Source: a virus. Taken from it: a DNA stretch of 64,000 nt. The position numbers were made by a program, and so were the translations under genes. This document shows, one piece after another, positions 29,019 through 38,919 of the stretch. The notes under the pieces were generated by a model, which saw nothing but the letters and a program-made list of their open reading frames with translations, was not told where the DNA came from and searched no databases. The DNA lies in the IMG/VR virus record IMGVR_UViG_3300031595_000166, positions 93,263-157,262 of that record. One strand, 5' to 3'. Numbering within the stretch: position 1 is the stretch's first letter; each line of letters opens with the position of its first letter.

Positions 29019-29384
29019 TTATAGCAGTAATAATGTTATTGCAAGTTTCTCTTTACCATAGATTCGTTTGTTATCGAGTTGTGGAATGCGTTTATCATTG
29101 ATATAGTATTCAGTTGTTCCATCAGAACACTCAATAGCGGGACCATCTTCTCGATGACATTTGCCATTGAGATACCATTCTTTGTATCCATTAGCATACT
29201 CAATAGCAGGACATGTCAATCCCGTTTCGGGATTGATGTCTTCTCGATGACGTTTGCCATTGAGATACCAACATTTGGTTCCATCAGCATACTCAATAGC
29301 AGGTCCATTTTCCCGATGAAGATTGCCATTGAGATACCAGCGTTTGGTTCCATTAACATCAATTTTACATTCAGGCTTACTCAT
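29019..29384 (-). CDS. Family B HREDGPA-repeat protein
   Basis: Contains the INPETGLTC insert; ends KLAITLLLL. Confidence 0.85.
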   Translation of the reverse strand: MSKPECKIDVNGTKRWYLNGNLHRENGPAIEYADGTKCWYLNGKRHREDINPETGLTCPAIEYANGYKEWYLNGKCHREDGPAIECSDGTTEYYINDKRIPQLDNKRIYGKEKLAITLLLL

Positions 29385-29743
29385 ATTAGTAGTAGTAATT
29401 TTTGCAAGTTTTCTTTACCATAGATACGTTTGTTATCAAGTTGATGAATGTATTTGCCATTGATATAGTAGTAAGTTCTACCATCAGCAAACTCAACAAC
29501 AGGTCCGTCTTCTCGATGAAGATTGCCATTGAGATACCAAGTTTTGGTTCCATCAGCATCCTCAATAGCAGGTCCGTCTTCTCGATGAAGCTTGCCATTG
29601 AGATACCAAGATTTATTTCCATTAGCATACTCAATAGCAGGACCATCTTCTCGATGAAACCTGTCATTGATATACCAATATTTGTCTCTATTTTTGTAGA
29701 GTTTGTAATATGGCTTGCCAAGTAGTTTGTTTAGCCAGTTCAT
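29381..29743 (-). CDS. Family B HREDGPA-repeat protein
   Basis: NWLNKLLGKPYY N-cap; ends QKLLLLI. Confidence 0.85.
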   Translation of the reverse strand: MNWLNKLLGKPYYKLYKNRDKYWYINDRFHREDGPAIEYANGNKSWYLNGKLHREDGPAIEDADGTKTWYLNGNLHREDGPVVEFADGRTYYYINGKYIHQLDNKRIYGKENLQKLLLLI

Positions 29744-30036
29744 ATCAGTATCAGATACTTTTGCAAGTTTTCTTTTCCATAGATATGTTTGTTATCGAGT
29801 TGTGGAATGTAATTGCCATTGATCCAGTATCGAGTTTCTCCATTAGCATACTCAATAGCAGGACCATCTTCCCGATGAAGTTTGCCATTGAGACACCAGT
29901 ATTTGTCTCCATTAGCATACTCAACAGCAGGCATCGTCAATCCAGTTTCTGGATTGATTTCTTCTCGATGCCATTTGCCATTGAGAAACCAGCGTTTGTT
30001 TCCATTAGCATCAATTTTACATTTAGACTTATTCAT
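29740..30036 (-). CDS. Family B HREDGPA-repeat protein
   Basis: INPETGLTM insert; ends QKYLILI. Confidence 0.85.
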   Translation of the reverse strand: MNKSKCKIDANGNKRWFLNGKWHREEINPETGLTMPAVEYANGDKYWCLNGKLHREDGPAIEYANGETRYWINGNYIPQLDNKHIYGKENLQKYLILI

Positions 30037-30521
30037 ATCAGTATCAGATACTTTTGCAAGTTTTCTTTTCCATAGATGTGTTTGTTATCAAGCTGACAGA
30101 TGTGATTACCATTGATCCAATATCGAGTTCTTCTATCAATGTATTCAACTGCTGGACCATCATCATTATGAAGTTTGCCATCTAAGAACCATCGTTTGGT
30201 TCCGGTATTATACTCAACAATCAATCCATCTTCTCGATTAAGTTTACCATTGAGATACCATTCTTTTGTTCCATCTCCAAGCTCGATAGCTGGACCATCG
30301 TCTCTATGAAGCTCGTTATGTTGATACCAATATTTATCTCCATTAGCAACAACAACAACAGCGGGTCCATTTCTGCGATGAATCTTATTATTCATATACC
30401 AGATTTTAGTTCCGTTAGGAAACTCAATAGCCGGACCATCTTCGCGATGACGCTTATCATCAACGCGCCAATGTTTGACTCCGTAAAAATCAATTCTGAA
30501 TTGATGAACCCCCGTCTCCAT
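30033..30521 (-). CDS. Family B HREDGPA-repeat protein (diverged)
   Basis: 5 repeats; ends QKYLILI. Confidence 0.85.
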   Translation of the reverse strand: METGVHQFRIDFYGVKHWRVDDKRHREDGPAIEFPNGTKIWYMNNKIHRRNGPAVVVVANGDKYWYQHNELHRDDGPAIELGDGTKEWYLNGKLNREDGLIVEYNTGTKRWFLDGKLHNDDGPAVEYIDRRTRYWINGNHICQLDNKHIYGKENLQKYLILI

Positions 30522-30544
30522 GACGCTACATACCTTTGTTTGTA

Positions 30545-30784
30545 TTATATGACATCGAAGCCTCTATCATCATACAAGTATTCACAGCAAGGATACTTAC
30601 GCCCCAAGTCATCAACATCTTCCTCACCAGAATCTGGGTTAATATTACAATTACAGCCTCTTTTTATACAAGCATCGCAATAATAACGATCTTTTTCTTT
30701 CCTACCACTCGGGGCATACATCCATATTGCAAGTTCAGAACATTCGCAACAAGTATGCTTTGGGATGTAATCAACTACCTTCAT
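30545..30784 (-). CDS. Cys-rich putative metal-binding protein
   Basis: CCEC..CDAC..GCNCN..PCCEY. Confidence 0.65.
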   Translation of the reverse strand: MKVVDYIPKHTCCECSELAIWMYAPSGRKEKDRYYCDACIKRGCNCNINPDSGEEDVDDLGRKYPCCEYLYDDRGFDVI

Positions 30785-31040
30785 TTTATTCTCTTAGCGA
30801 TTATAGTATCGCGTCTATTTGTGTAGTGCATAATCATACTATTACAATAATCGATTGCTGCATCGCTTGCTGCAATGTATGTTTCATATAATGCATTCTC
30901 ATAATGACCGCCATCATCATCTGAATCTACATCATACCAAAAATGCGGATCTCTGGTATAACCATTGTCAAGTGTGGCTTCTTTTACTTCGCCATCTTTG
31001 ATGTAGAACCAATGTTTTTTCATTGCGTTTTCCTACGAAC

Positions 31041-31069
31041 AATCTAAGCACGCCAACGCGTCGTGTCAA
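31041..31069 (-). promoter_or_regulatory. Sigma70-type promoter
   Basis: TTGACA-N17-TAGATT. Confidence 0.75.
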
Positions 31070-31081
31070 GTGCCAGGCGGA

Positions 31082-31546
31082 CTACAATAACAACAAGGCG
31101 GCTGCAAGATTCTCTTTACCATAGATAGTTCTGTTGTCTAATTTCTGAATGTATTTACCATCAATCCAGTATTGCTTTATACCATTCGGATTCTCAATGG
31201 CTGGACCATCATCTCTATGCCTTAGATTATTCTTATACCAATATCCAGAACCATCAGGATATGTCATAGCAGGAAGACTCAATCCAGTTTCAGGATCAAT
31301 TTCATCTCGATGAGTTTTGCCATGCATATACCAATCTTTTGATCCGTCATTCCATTCAATAGCTGGAAGCAATAGACCAGTTTTTAGATCTACTTCAAAA
31401 CGATGACATTGATTATTGATATACCAGCATTTTGTTCCATCCACGAACTCAATGGCTGGACCATGTTCATTATGAAGCTTGCCATCCAACTTCCAGCGCT
31501 TATCACCATACTCATCAATTACACAAACAGGTCGTTTAATACCCAT
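31082..31546 (-). CDS. Family B HREDGPA-repeat protein (diverged)
   Basis: IDPETGLSLPA inserts; ends LAAALLLL. Confidence 0.85.
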   Translation of the reverse strand: MGIKRPVCVIDEYGDKRWKLDGKLHNEHGPAIEFVDGTKCWYINNQCHRFEVDLKTGLLLPAIEWNDGSKDWYMHGKTHRDEIDPETGLSLPAMTYPDGSGYWYKNNLRHRDDGPAIENPNGIKQYWIDGKYIQKLDNRTIYGKENLAAALLLL

Positions 31547-31590
31547 ATCTTTCCAGTAAAATACCCAGCTAAGGGCGTGATATTATTATA

Positions 31591-31896
31591 CTAAATTAGG
31601 AGCAATGCTGCTGCGAGTTTATTTTTACCGTAGATATACTTGTTATCTAACTGCTGGATACGATTATCGTTGATCCAGTATTGAGTTTTTATTCCACCAC
31701 CAGCGAACTCAACGGCTGGCCCATCAATTCGATGCCGCCGATTATTGATGAACCATGACTTGAATCCGTAGTTATCAACATATGCTGGAAGAGATAGACC
31801 AGTTTCAGGATCAATTTCATCACGATGGAAGTGTCGATCTCTTCCTTCCAGTTGCCAATATGTTGAAGTTGGAGTGGTTATTTTGATTGATTTCAT
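31591..31896 (-). CDS. Family B HREDGPA-repeat protein (diverged)
   Basis: Ends LAAALLLI. Confidence 0.8.
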   Translation of the reverse strand: MKSIKITTPTSTYWQLEGRDRHFHRDEIDPETGLSLPAYVDNYGFKSWFINNRRHRIDGPAVEFAGGGIKTQYWINDNRIQQLDNKYIYGKNKLAAALLLI

Positions 31897-31927
31897 AGCT
31901 TGGATTGAGATTATATCCCTTGTTTAA

Positions 31928-33496
31928 TTAGTTGAGAAAACTATACGCGGAATTAGTAAAAAACTCCTGAAAATTTGGATCCAAAACTGATTTTGTAAAA
32001 AACTCTTTTGCTTCTTGAAACTTACCAGTGTCAAAACGATCACCAACTTCGCTTTGAATGATGAGCATTTCTTCATCAATAGTTTTGAGTAGCAGTTCTT
32101 TCGTCAATACCGTGTCATCAATTATACAGTTATGATATAGCCAACTCCAAGTAAGCCCAAAATTAATCTGATATGTCGCTGCGTCTTCCATCAAGTTATA
32201 AATTGCTACTGCTCCAATACCACGCAACCATGATTCAAGATACTGAATTGCTACACGGATATTACTACGAAGACCGCTCATAGTTATAGCACCACGATGA
32301 GGTTCCAGCAACTCTTCTTCGGTAATTACATAATTACAATACCGGTCCATCTGATTATTTTGTGGCATCAACCAGTCGAATACTTGGCGGACAACATTAA
32401 CTAACCCAGGATGTGCAATCCAGGCTGCTGATGCTCCAAGTCTTATTTCACGCATCTTGTCTAATCTAACTTTTTCCATTGCTTCTTCGTTAGCAAGCTT
32501 ATCTCCCTTGACTGGGATCTGTGCCGCCATTCCACCGATAGCCATAATACCACGTTTATGACAAGTCTGAACAAGCAATTTACAATAAGCATTTAGAAAC
32601 GCTTTGTCCATCGTAATCTGTGATCTGTCTGGCAAAATCATATCAGAACGGTTAGAAAACTTCTTGATGAACGAATATACATAATCATACCGAGCCATAT
32701 TCATACCGACGATATAATCTTTCAATGCCCATACCACTTCGTCCATCTCAAACGCTAATGTAATCGTCTCAACTAAAACGGTAGCCTTGATCGTTCCAGT
32801 CTTCAATTTGAACTTTTCCTCAGCAAACCAAAATATATCAGACCACAAGCGAGCCTCTTCCCAATTCTCCATCTTCGGAAGATAGAAGTATGCACTCGTT
32901 CCATTATCCATCAACTCTTTGATGTTATGGTAAAAATACAATCCAAAATCCATCAATGCAGCAGGAATAGGTTCACCGTCAATCGTGAAGTGTTTCTCAA
33001 TCATATGCCAGCCGCGAGGACGAACCATCAACACGGCAGTCTTGTCATTCAACTTGTATTCCTTGGCATCCGTCTTGAATGTAATTGTCTTTCTAACCGC
33101 ATCCATCAAGTTGATCTGACCCTGAACAATGTTACCCCATGTAGGAGAATTACTGTCTTCAAGATCTGCCATGAATACATTAGCACCAGAGTTCAACGCA
33201 TTGATGATCATCTTCCTATCAGTCGGACCAGTGATCTCTACTCGTCTATCTTTCAAGTCTGCTGGAATAGGCGCTGCAATGTATCTCGAATTACGAACCC
33301 ATTCCGTATCCTTTCGGAAGTGTGGAAGCAATCCGACATCGAAGAGACTTTGTTTCACATGTCGAGCGGTAAGTAGTTCTTTTACTCTTGGAGAGAATTG
33401 CTGAACCAATGATGCAATGAACTCTATTGCACCGTTTGTGAATACTCGATTGTGTTTTTCTAAGTCTTTGATGTCGATTTTCATAATTGCCTTCAT
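31928..33496 (-). CDS. aceB: Malate synthase A
   Basis: DRRVEITGP, NALNSGA, MADLEDS, VRPRGWH, YFYLPKME, TCHKRG, GGMAAQIP, LMEDAAT. Confidence 0.95.
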   Translation of the reverse strand: MKAIMKIDIKDLEKHNRVFTNGAIEFIASLVQQFSPRVKELLTARHVKQSLFDVGLLPHFRKDTEWVRNSRYIAAPIPADLKDRRVEITGPTDRKMIINALNSGANVFMADLEDSNSPTWGNIVQGQINLMDAVRKTITFKTDAKEYKLNDKTAVLMVRPRGWHMIEKHFTIDGEPIPAALMDFGLYFYHNIKELMDNGTSAYFYLPKMENWEEARLWSDIFWFAEEKFKLKTGTIKATVLVETITLAFEMDEVVWALKDYIVGMNMARYDYVYSFIKKFSNRSDMILPDRSQITMDKAFLNAYCKLLVQTCHKRGIMAIGGMAAQIPVKGDKLANEEAMEKVRLDKMREIRLGASAAWIAHPGLVNVVRQVFDWLMPQNNQMDRYCNYVITEEELLEPHRGAITMSGLRSNIRVAIQYLESWLRGIGAVAIYNLMEDAATYQINFGLTWSWLYHNCIIDDTVLTKELLLKTIDEEMLIIQSEVGDRFDTGKFQEAKEFFTKSVLDPNFQEFFTNSAYSFLN

Positions 33497-33789
33497 ATCA
33501 GTAGTAGTAATTTTTGCAGGTTTTCTTTTCCATAGATACGTTTGTTATCAAGTTGTGGAATGTGATTACCATTGATATAGTAGTAAGTTCTACCATCAGC
33601 AAGCTCAACAGCAGGTCCGTCTTCTCGATGACATTTGCCATTGAGACACCATTCTTTGTATCCATTAGCATACTCAATAGCAGGACATGTCAATCCCGTT
33701 TCGGGATTGATGTCTTCTCGATGAAGTTTGCCATTGAGATACCAACATTTGGCTCCATTAGCACTGACTTTATATTCAGGCTTACTCAT
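33493..33789 (-). CDS. Family B HREDGPA-repeat protein
   Basis: INPETGLTC insert; ends QKLLLLI. Confidence 0.85.
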   Translation of the reverse strand: MSKPEYKVSANGAKCWYLNGKLHREDINPETGLTCPAIEYANGYKEWCLNGKCHREDGPAVELADGRTYYYINGNHIPQLDNKRIYGKENLQKLLLLI

Positions 33790-34154
33790 ATTAGTATAAG
33801 ATACTTTTGCAGGTTTTCTTTTCCATAAATTCGTTTGTTATCAAGTTGTGGAATGTGTTTATCATTCATCCAGTAGTAAGTTCTACCATCAGCACACTCA
33901 ACGGCAGGACCATCTTCTCGATGGAGCCTGTCATTGACATACCAATATTTGGTTCCATTAGCATGTTCAATGGCAGGTCCATCTTCTCGATGACGTTTGT
34001 CATTGAGATACCAGCATTTGGTTCCATCAGCATTCTCACCAGCAGGTCCGTCTTCCCGATGAAGTTTGCCATTGAGATACCAATGTAAGCTTACGTTTTT
34101 GTAGCGTTCGTAATATGGCTTACCAAGTAGTTTGTTTAGCCAATTCGTAAGCAT
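33786..34154 (-). CDS. Family B HREDGPA-repeat protein
   Basis: NWLNKLLGKPYY N-cap; ends QKYLILI. Confidence 0.85.
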   Translation of the reverse strand: MLTNWLNKLLGKPYYERYKNVSLHWYLNGKLHREDGPAGENADGTKCWYLNDKRHREDGPAIEHANGTKYWYVNDRLHREDGPAVECADGRTYYWMNDKHIPQLDNKRIYGKENLQKYLILI

Positions 34155-35392
34155 TATGGCTTGGTTGTAATCCCGAGGTCGCGTGCAGCCTTGACTGATA
34201 GCATATCAATCAACCCATTATTGAGACCAGTGGTAGACGAGCCTCCACCCATAACAACATCTGGCGTCTGTCGTTGTGCACCATAAGCTGATGCCCACGC
34301 TTTTTGCGATTCAAGCCAAGCATTCAATCGATCTTGGAAGTTGTTATTAGCACGCAACGCAAGACGTTTAGCATCTGCATCTGCCTTTGCTTCTGCAATC
34401 GTTTGTTGAGCAGCAAGCTTTGCAGTGTCAAGCGACAGTTGTGCAACTTCCTTGTTCTTTTCTGCTTGCGTAACCGCAACTGCTTTCTCTTGTTCTGCTG
34501 CCGTGACTGCCGTTGCTTTCTGAACCTCTTGATCCCACTTCGCTTTTGCAGCGGCAGCCTTACCTTGTTGTTCAACCGTCAATGTATCTTGCTCTGCACG
34601 CTTTGCATTTACAATGCTTTGTTGCACAGCACTGATGGATTCCTGCTGTTGTTTGATTTGTTGTTCAACAACCGGATCATAATCAATTCCGTTGATTGTA
34701 ATGTTGCTCGCGCCCAATGAATACTTCTGAATAGGGCTCTCTTCCTCTCGTTCAACACCATTTGGTGAGCGATCATTAGCCTTTGGCTTGACAATATCAA
34801 CAACCTTCTCTTGACCGGTGATAGGATCAGTAGTTTTGACTTGATCGTGTTCCGTTCGATACACGCCATAGACAATCTGATCCGTAATGTAGTTGATTAG
34901 ATCGGCACGCTTCTCTGCATAACTCTCCCGGGAAGACATAAGTGGACCGGACATATAGACAGACTTGTTTACAACCTGACGAACGAGTTCATGATCGATT
35001 GCTGCCATTGAATGGTAGGTTCGATGAAGTTCAAGCATTTTGTTTGAATCGTTTGGAAGAGAATAACGAAGTGAACCAGAGATGTTTCCATGTCCTCCAT
35101 CATTGAAACGAACTTTGATTGAATCGTCTTCTTCATTGCCCTCGTCTTTCTTTGCGGAGAACCAGAGTTGAGCAGAGCGTTTGTATCGTGTAATGGTTCC
35201 GAAGTTCTGCCAGTGCACGCCCGGAGTATCCCATACATGTAGTTGCCCGCCGATGATGTCTTGCTTGACAACAATCTCATCTGCATTGACAGTCGTCATT
35301 GTATTACCAATGAACAATCCACCAATAACAAGCACGCCAATGCCAAGACCAACTTTGATCCCAAGACCCACGAGATTTGTATCGTTCTTCAT
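34154..35392 (-). CDS. SPFH/Band 7 domain membrane protein
   Basis: N-terminal TM, PGVHW, VRFNDGG, AE-rich coiled coil, PDVVMGG. Confidence 0.8.
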   Translation of the reverse strand: MKNDTNLVGLGIKVGLGIGVLVIGGLFIGNTMTTVNADEIVVKQDIIGGQLHVWDTPGVHWQNFGTITRYKRSAQLWFSAKKDEGNEEDDSIKVRFNDGGHGNISGSLRYSLPNDSNKMLELHRTYHSMAAIDHELVRQVVNKSVYMSGPLMSSRESYAEKRADLINYITDQIVYGVYRTEHDQVKTTDPITGQEKVVDIVKPKANDRSPNGVEREEESPIQKYSLGASNITINGIDYDPVVEQQIKQQQESISAVQQSIVNAKRAEQDTLTVEQQGKAAAAKAKWDQEVQKATAVTAAEQEKAVAVTQAEKNKEVAQLSLDTAKLAAQQTIAEAKADADAKRLALRANNNFQDRLNAWLESQKAWASAYGAQRQTPDVVMGGGSSTTGLNNGLIDMLSVKAARDLGITTKP

Positions 35393-35646
35393 TTGTTTTT
35401 CCCTTTATGTTGTTCGTTTTCATCTTCGAGAGCCTCTTTATAGAGAGTCTCGTATAGTTTTTCTGCTTCTTTTTCAAGTCTTGCTGCTTCTAAATCTGCC
35501 TTTGCAGTTTCAAGACGAATCTTTGCTTCTTCAATCCTACTGCGAGCAGTATGTTTGGAAGACTTAGCGAATCGTAGTATTGTATGACCAACACCAGCGA
35601 TTACTCCAAGCGATACCAATAGGAAAATGACGTCTTCAATTAGCAT
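35389..35646 (-). CDS. Small TM plus coiled-coil protein upstream of the SPFH gene
   Basis: Hydrophobic N-terminus; ATGA-coupled. Confidence 0.6.
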   Translation of the reverse strand: MLIEDVIFLLVSLGVIAGVGHTILRFAKSSKHTARSRIEEAKIRLETAKADLEAARLEKEAEKLYETLYKEALEDENEQHKGKNK

Positions 35647-35666
35647 AGTATTTACCCAATCATTAC

Positions 35667-36143
35667 TTACATCAAGAGTAGAGCAATGGCAAGTTTTTCT
35701 TTTCCATAGATACGTTTGTTATCAAGTTGTGGAATGTAATTGCCATTGATATAGTAGTAAGTTCTACCATCAGCAAACTCAACAGCAGGTCCATCTTTCC
35801 GATGGAGATTGCCATTGAGATACCATTCTTTGGTTCCATTAGTATACTCAACAGCAGGCATCGTCAATCCCGTTTCGGGATTGATGTCTTCCCGATGAAG
35901 TTTGCCATTGAGATACCACCATTTGAATCCATCAGCATACTCAACAGCAGGTCCGTCGTCCCGATGCAGTATATCGTTTTGCCACCATTCTTTATTGCCA
36001 CCGGGATATTCAACCGCATGCAATGTCAGTCCAGTTTCAGGATCAATCTCATCCCTATGAAGACCCCCAAGACCATTATTGAGACGCCAATACTTGGCTC
36101 CAATAAAATGACCAGTAGTTTCAACTATACATGTAGATTGCAT
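35667..36143 (-). CDS. Family B HREDGPA-repeat protein
   Basis: Two PETGLT inserts; ends KLAIALLLM. Confidence 0.85.
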   Translation of the reverse strand: MQSTCIVETTGHFIGAKYWRLNNGLGGLHRDEIDPETGLTLHAVEYPGGNKEWWQNDILHRDDGPAVEYADGFKWWYLNGKLHREDINPETGLTMPAVEYTNGTKEWYLNGNLHRKDGPAVEFADGRTYYYINGNYIPQLDNKRIYGKEKLAIALLLM

Positions 36144-36178
36144 GAACTCTCTTATTGCGAAACGCTGACATCGAAAGT

Positions 36179-36517
36179 CTAATTGATATACCAAGCGTGA
36201 ATAAAATACCCAATAACCAATGCTCCACAGCATGCAATAACTTCACGAAGAAGATTTCTTAGGGTTGATTCAAGGAATGAACTACTACTATCATTACTTC
36301 TTGATGTAAGACCCCATGTGAATAACATGACAAGTAGCATCAGTCCGAATGCTATCGCCAACGGAATACGATTAACATTCGCTGCAACAACAACGAACCA
36401 GTTCCATAACTGCATTACAGCGAATGCTCGTACGAATAACACACCGAAAAACAATGCAAGTCCAATGTTGAACCTGTAAAACTTATCAATAAATGAGCTT
36501 AGTTTACCATATAACAT
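36179..36517 (-). CDS. Membrane protein
   Basis: Three hydrophobic segments; LWNWFV. Confidence 0.6.
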   Translation of the reverse strand: MLYGKLSSFIDKFYRFNIGLALFFGVLFVRAFAVMQLWNWFVVVAANVNRIPLAIAFGLMLLVMLFTWGLTSRSNDSSSSFLESTLRNLLREVIACCGALVIGYFIHAWYIN

Positions 36518-36528
36518 TTGCTTATTCT

Positions 36529-36885
36529 TTATTGCGAAACGCTGACATCGAATGCATCATTGACATTGCCAAAATTGACAAGCCACAACTTGTAAGTATC
36601 ATTGCTTGTGGCATAAAATCCGAACGAACATTTGTTCGCATTGTCCTCTTGAAGATACTTGACAACATATCCCTGACCGTTTGGATTCTTTTGTAGCAGA
36701 GCGCAATCAATATCTCCACCAGCAGATAGACCACGAACATTGATGCTGTAATAATAACCAGCCTTTGCTTGTGGAAGAACAATGATCTTATCATGATCAG
36801 CAGGAATGTTTCCTGCAACGAATGCAACACGCGAAGGTGAATACATTGAACCGAGAGCAAGAGCGACAATGAATGCGTTGAACAT
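36529..36885 (-). CDS. Secreted beta-sandwich protein (PPC-like)
   Basis: Signal peptide; GDIDC..L, EDNANKC, TYKLWLVN. Confidence 0.55.
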   Translation of the reverse strand: MFNAFIVALALGSMYSPSRVAFVAGNIPADHDKIIVLPQAKAGYYYSINVRGLSAGGDIDCALLQKNPNGQGYVVKYLQEDNANKCSFGFYATSNDTYKLWLVNFGNVNDAFDVSVSQ

Positions 36886-37244
36886 TTGAGTTTATCCTTT
36901 GATTTGTGCTTTTAGTTCTTCAATTTGTTTGAGTAGATCGTCAATGACTTTGATAGCAGACTTACCGCAACCAAGACAATCGCCAGTATGGCGGTTCATG
37001 CATTCCATCCGAGCGTGCTTGCAATTAGTTGCCATTACTTACGCCATTTAGAATCCAATGGAGGCGGAACATATGTCTCTTCATGTTCAACAATTTGTTT
37101 GATCCATTGACACGCTTCGTCAAGCGTTAGTCCTGCTTGCTCGAATACAAGCACGTTATCCTTTTTTACGAACAACCATATTCCGTGATTGCCATGAATA
37201 AAAGAAGTTTCGTAGTGATGTTTTAGGTTCTTCATGGTGAGTAT

Positions 37245-37273
37245 AATATAAGCACGATCGCGCCGCTTGTCAA
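37245..37273 (-). promoter_or_regulatory. Sigma70-type promoter
   Basis: TTGACA-N17-TATATT. Confidence 0.8.
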
Positions 37274-37710
37274 GATGTAGGTAGATGTCGCATAATCATC
37301 CACACCACTGGCAACAAGCAGGTGATATGTGAGATCTGATCTATTGCAATCATCAATATCTTGCCAAGAGGAGTAGATACGAATTGAATGAAACCACCAA
37401 CTGGATCCTCATTCATTTCTGGCGGGCGACGAATGTATTTCGCCCATAAAAATACCAAGTGGTATGTATCCAGATAGAAGTGAGAGAAGAATAGGATACT
37501 AATGCTTGCAAGAAACTCGAACGGACTTACTGTAAGAGCCAACAATGGAACGAAACCAAGCGTATAGATTGCACAATGCTTCGCTCTAATAGCACTGTGA
37601 TTGTGTTTAACCATTGCTTCCGCATGAGATTGGAACAACCAATCAGTGAAGAAGTGTATGAAGATTAGGATTGTTAGAATGCCACCGAAGTTTGCGAGAT
37701 ATTGAATCAT
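37270..37710 (-). CDS. DUF3307-like membrane protein
   Basis: HFFTDWLFQ, H..IY, SHFYLD, DQISH. Confidence 0.75.
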   Translation of the reverse strand: MIQYLANFGGILTILIFIHFFTDWLFQSHAEAMVKHNHSAIRAKHCAIYTLGFVPLLALTVSPFEFLASISILFFSHFYLDTYHLVFLWAKYIRRPPEMNEDPVGGFIQFVSTPLGKILMIAIDQISHITCLLPVVWMIMRHLPTS

Positions 37711-38000
37711 AATAACACCAAGAACTTTGCAAGCTTGTCTGCGTTCCAGTTTGATGATAGTGGAAGATTGAATTGACAATGGAGGAGAACTCCTCTTTTG
37801 GTATTGTAGCAGTAGCAGTGAATCGATTTGCGATCTATATTCCATTCAAGTATGTATAATTTATCCTCTATACGAATGGATAGATGCGCGCAATACCATT
37901 CCGGTGATGTAGCAGTATGTTGAAGGTAAAATACTAAACCGCAATCACATATCCTGGTGTCATTATTAGTAATAGTCTTGTTGCAGTTAGGGCAGATCAT
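37707..38000 (-). CDS. Family A variant (CxxC..CxC) with tail
   Basis: CPNC..CDCG..ADKLAKFLVLL. Confidence 0.7.
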   Translation of the reverse strand: MICPNCNKTITNNDTRICDCGLVFYLQHTATSPEWYCAHLSIRIEDKLYILEWNIDRKSIHCYCYNTKRGVLLHCQFNLPLSSNWNADKLAKFLVLL

Positions 38001-38476
38001 TATTTCCACCAATACGGAACCGATCTGTTTTTCCATGTTGCAAGTTTTCTCTTCTCGCCAATGTAGTAATTGCGATACGACTCAACAATATCATCAACCT
38101 TATATTGATCTGGCATACACTTTGGAAAATCCGTTAGTCCAATGTTTCGGATTGATACTCTTCTATTGGAATGCTTTATGTTTTCGATTATTGATTGACA
38201 CTTATGGATTTTGTTATAGCGGTATGTATATTCGGAACATAATGCGAGACCAAGTTCTGTTAGCCAATCAAAATTAGCATATGATTTACCAGCCCATATT
38301 GAACACGGATGATTTTGATGTGATGGCTTATAGACGGGCGTATATGATATATCGTTTGCAATGAGAGCGTTGTTGAGGAGTTGAGTTGTTTCAAGGATCA
38401 TCTTGACACAATGACGATCGTTGTGATACGTGGCACAATGTTGAATGTTGTTAGTATCGAGAACGAAGATATTCAT
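38000..38476 (-). CDS. Pyrimidine-dimer DNA glycosylase/endonuclease V-like family protein
   Basis: MNIFVLD, HCVKMILE..QLL, YKPSHQNHPCSIW, EYTYRY.K.H. Confidence 0.8.
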   Translation of the reverse strand: MNIFVLDTNNIQHCATYHNDRHCVKMILETTQLLNNALIANDISYTPVYKPSHQNHPCSIWAGKSYANFDWLTELGLALCSEYTYRYNKIHKCQSIIENIKHSNRRVSIRNIGLTDFPKCMPDQYKVDDIVESYRNYYIGEKRKLATWKNRSVPYWWK

Positions 38477-38919
38477 TTCAACAATTCTCCATTGTGAATA
38501 TCATTTTCAGTGATATCGATGTTGTTGTCCTTGCAGAATGTTAGGAAGTATTCCTTCCAATGAGGATCGTCGTTGGCGTATTTGAGATAGTGTTTTACAT
38601 ACATTGACTTCGGCGCTGAGAGTTCGGACAATGCTTGTAATACGGAGCAAGCATGACTCATTTTGATTGATGTAGTTGTGGTGGTAAATTGGTATTGTGA
38701 TTGTTGAAACTGAACGTTAGGGAGTTGAACGTTAGGAATCGTAATAGTGAAACTGGGTTGTATTCCAAGTGCAGAAAATAACTCCATGCTTTCTTTGTGT
38801 TTCTTTTCAATCTTTGCCATGGCGCGCTTATGATCTTTGTATAAGAAAAAGACGCCGAATGCAACTATTGATAGTCCAAGAGTGGCTGTAATTAGTGTTG
38901 GAATGAGATGCATTTGCTT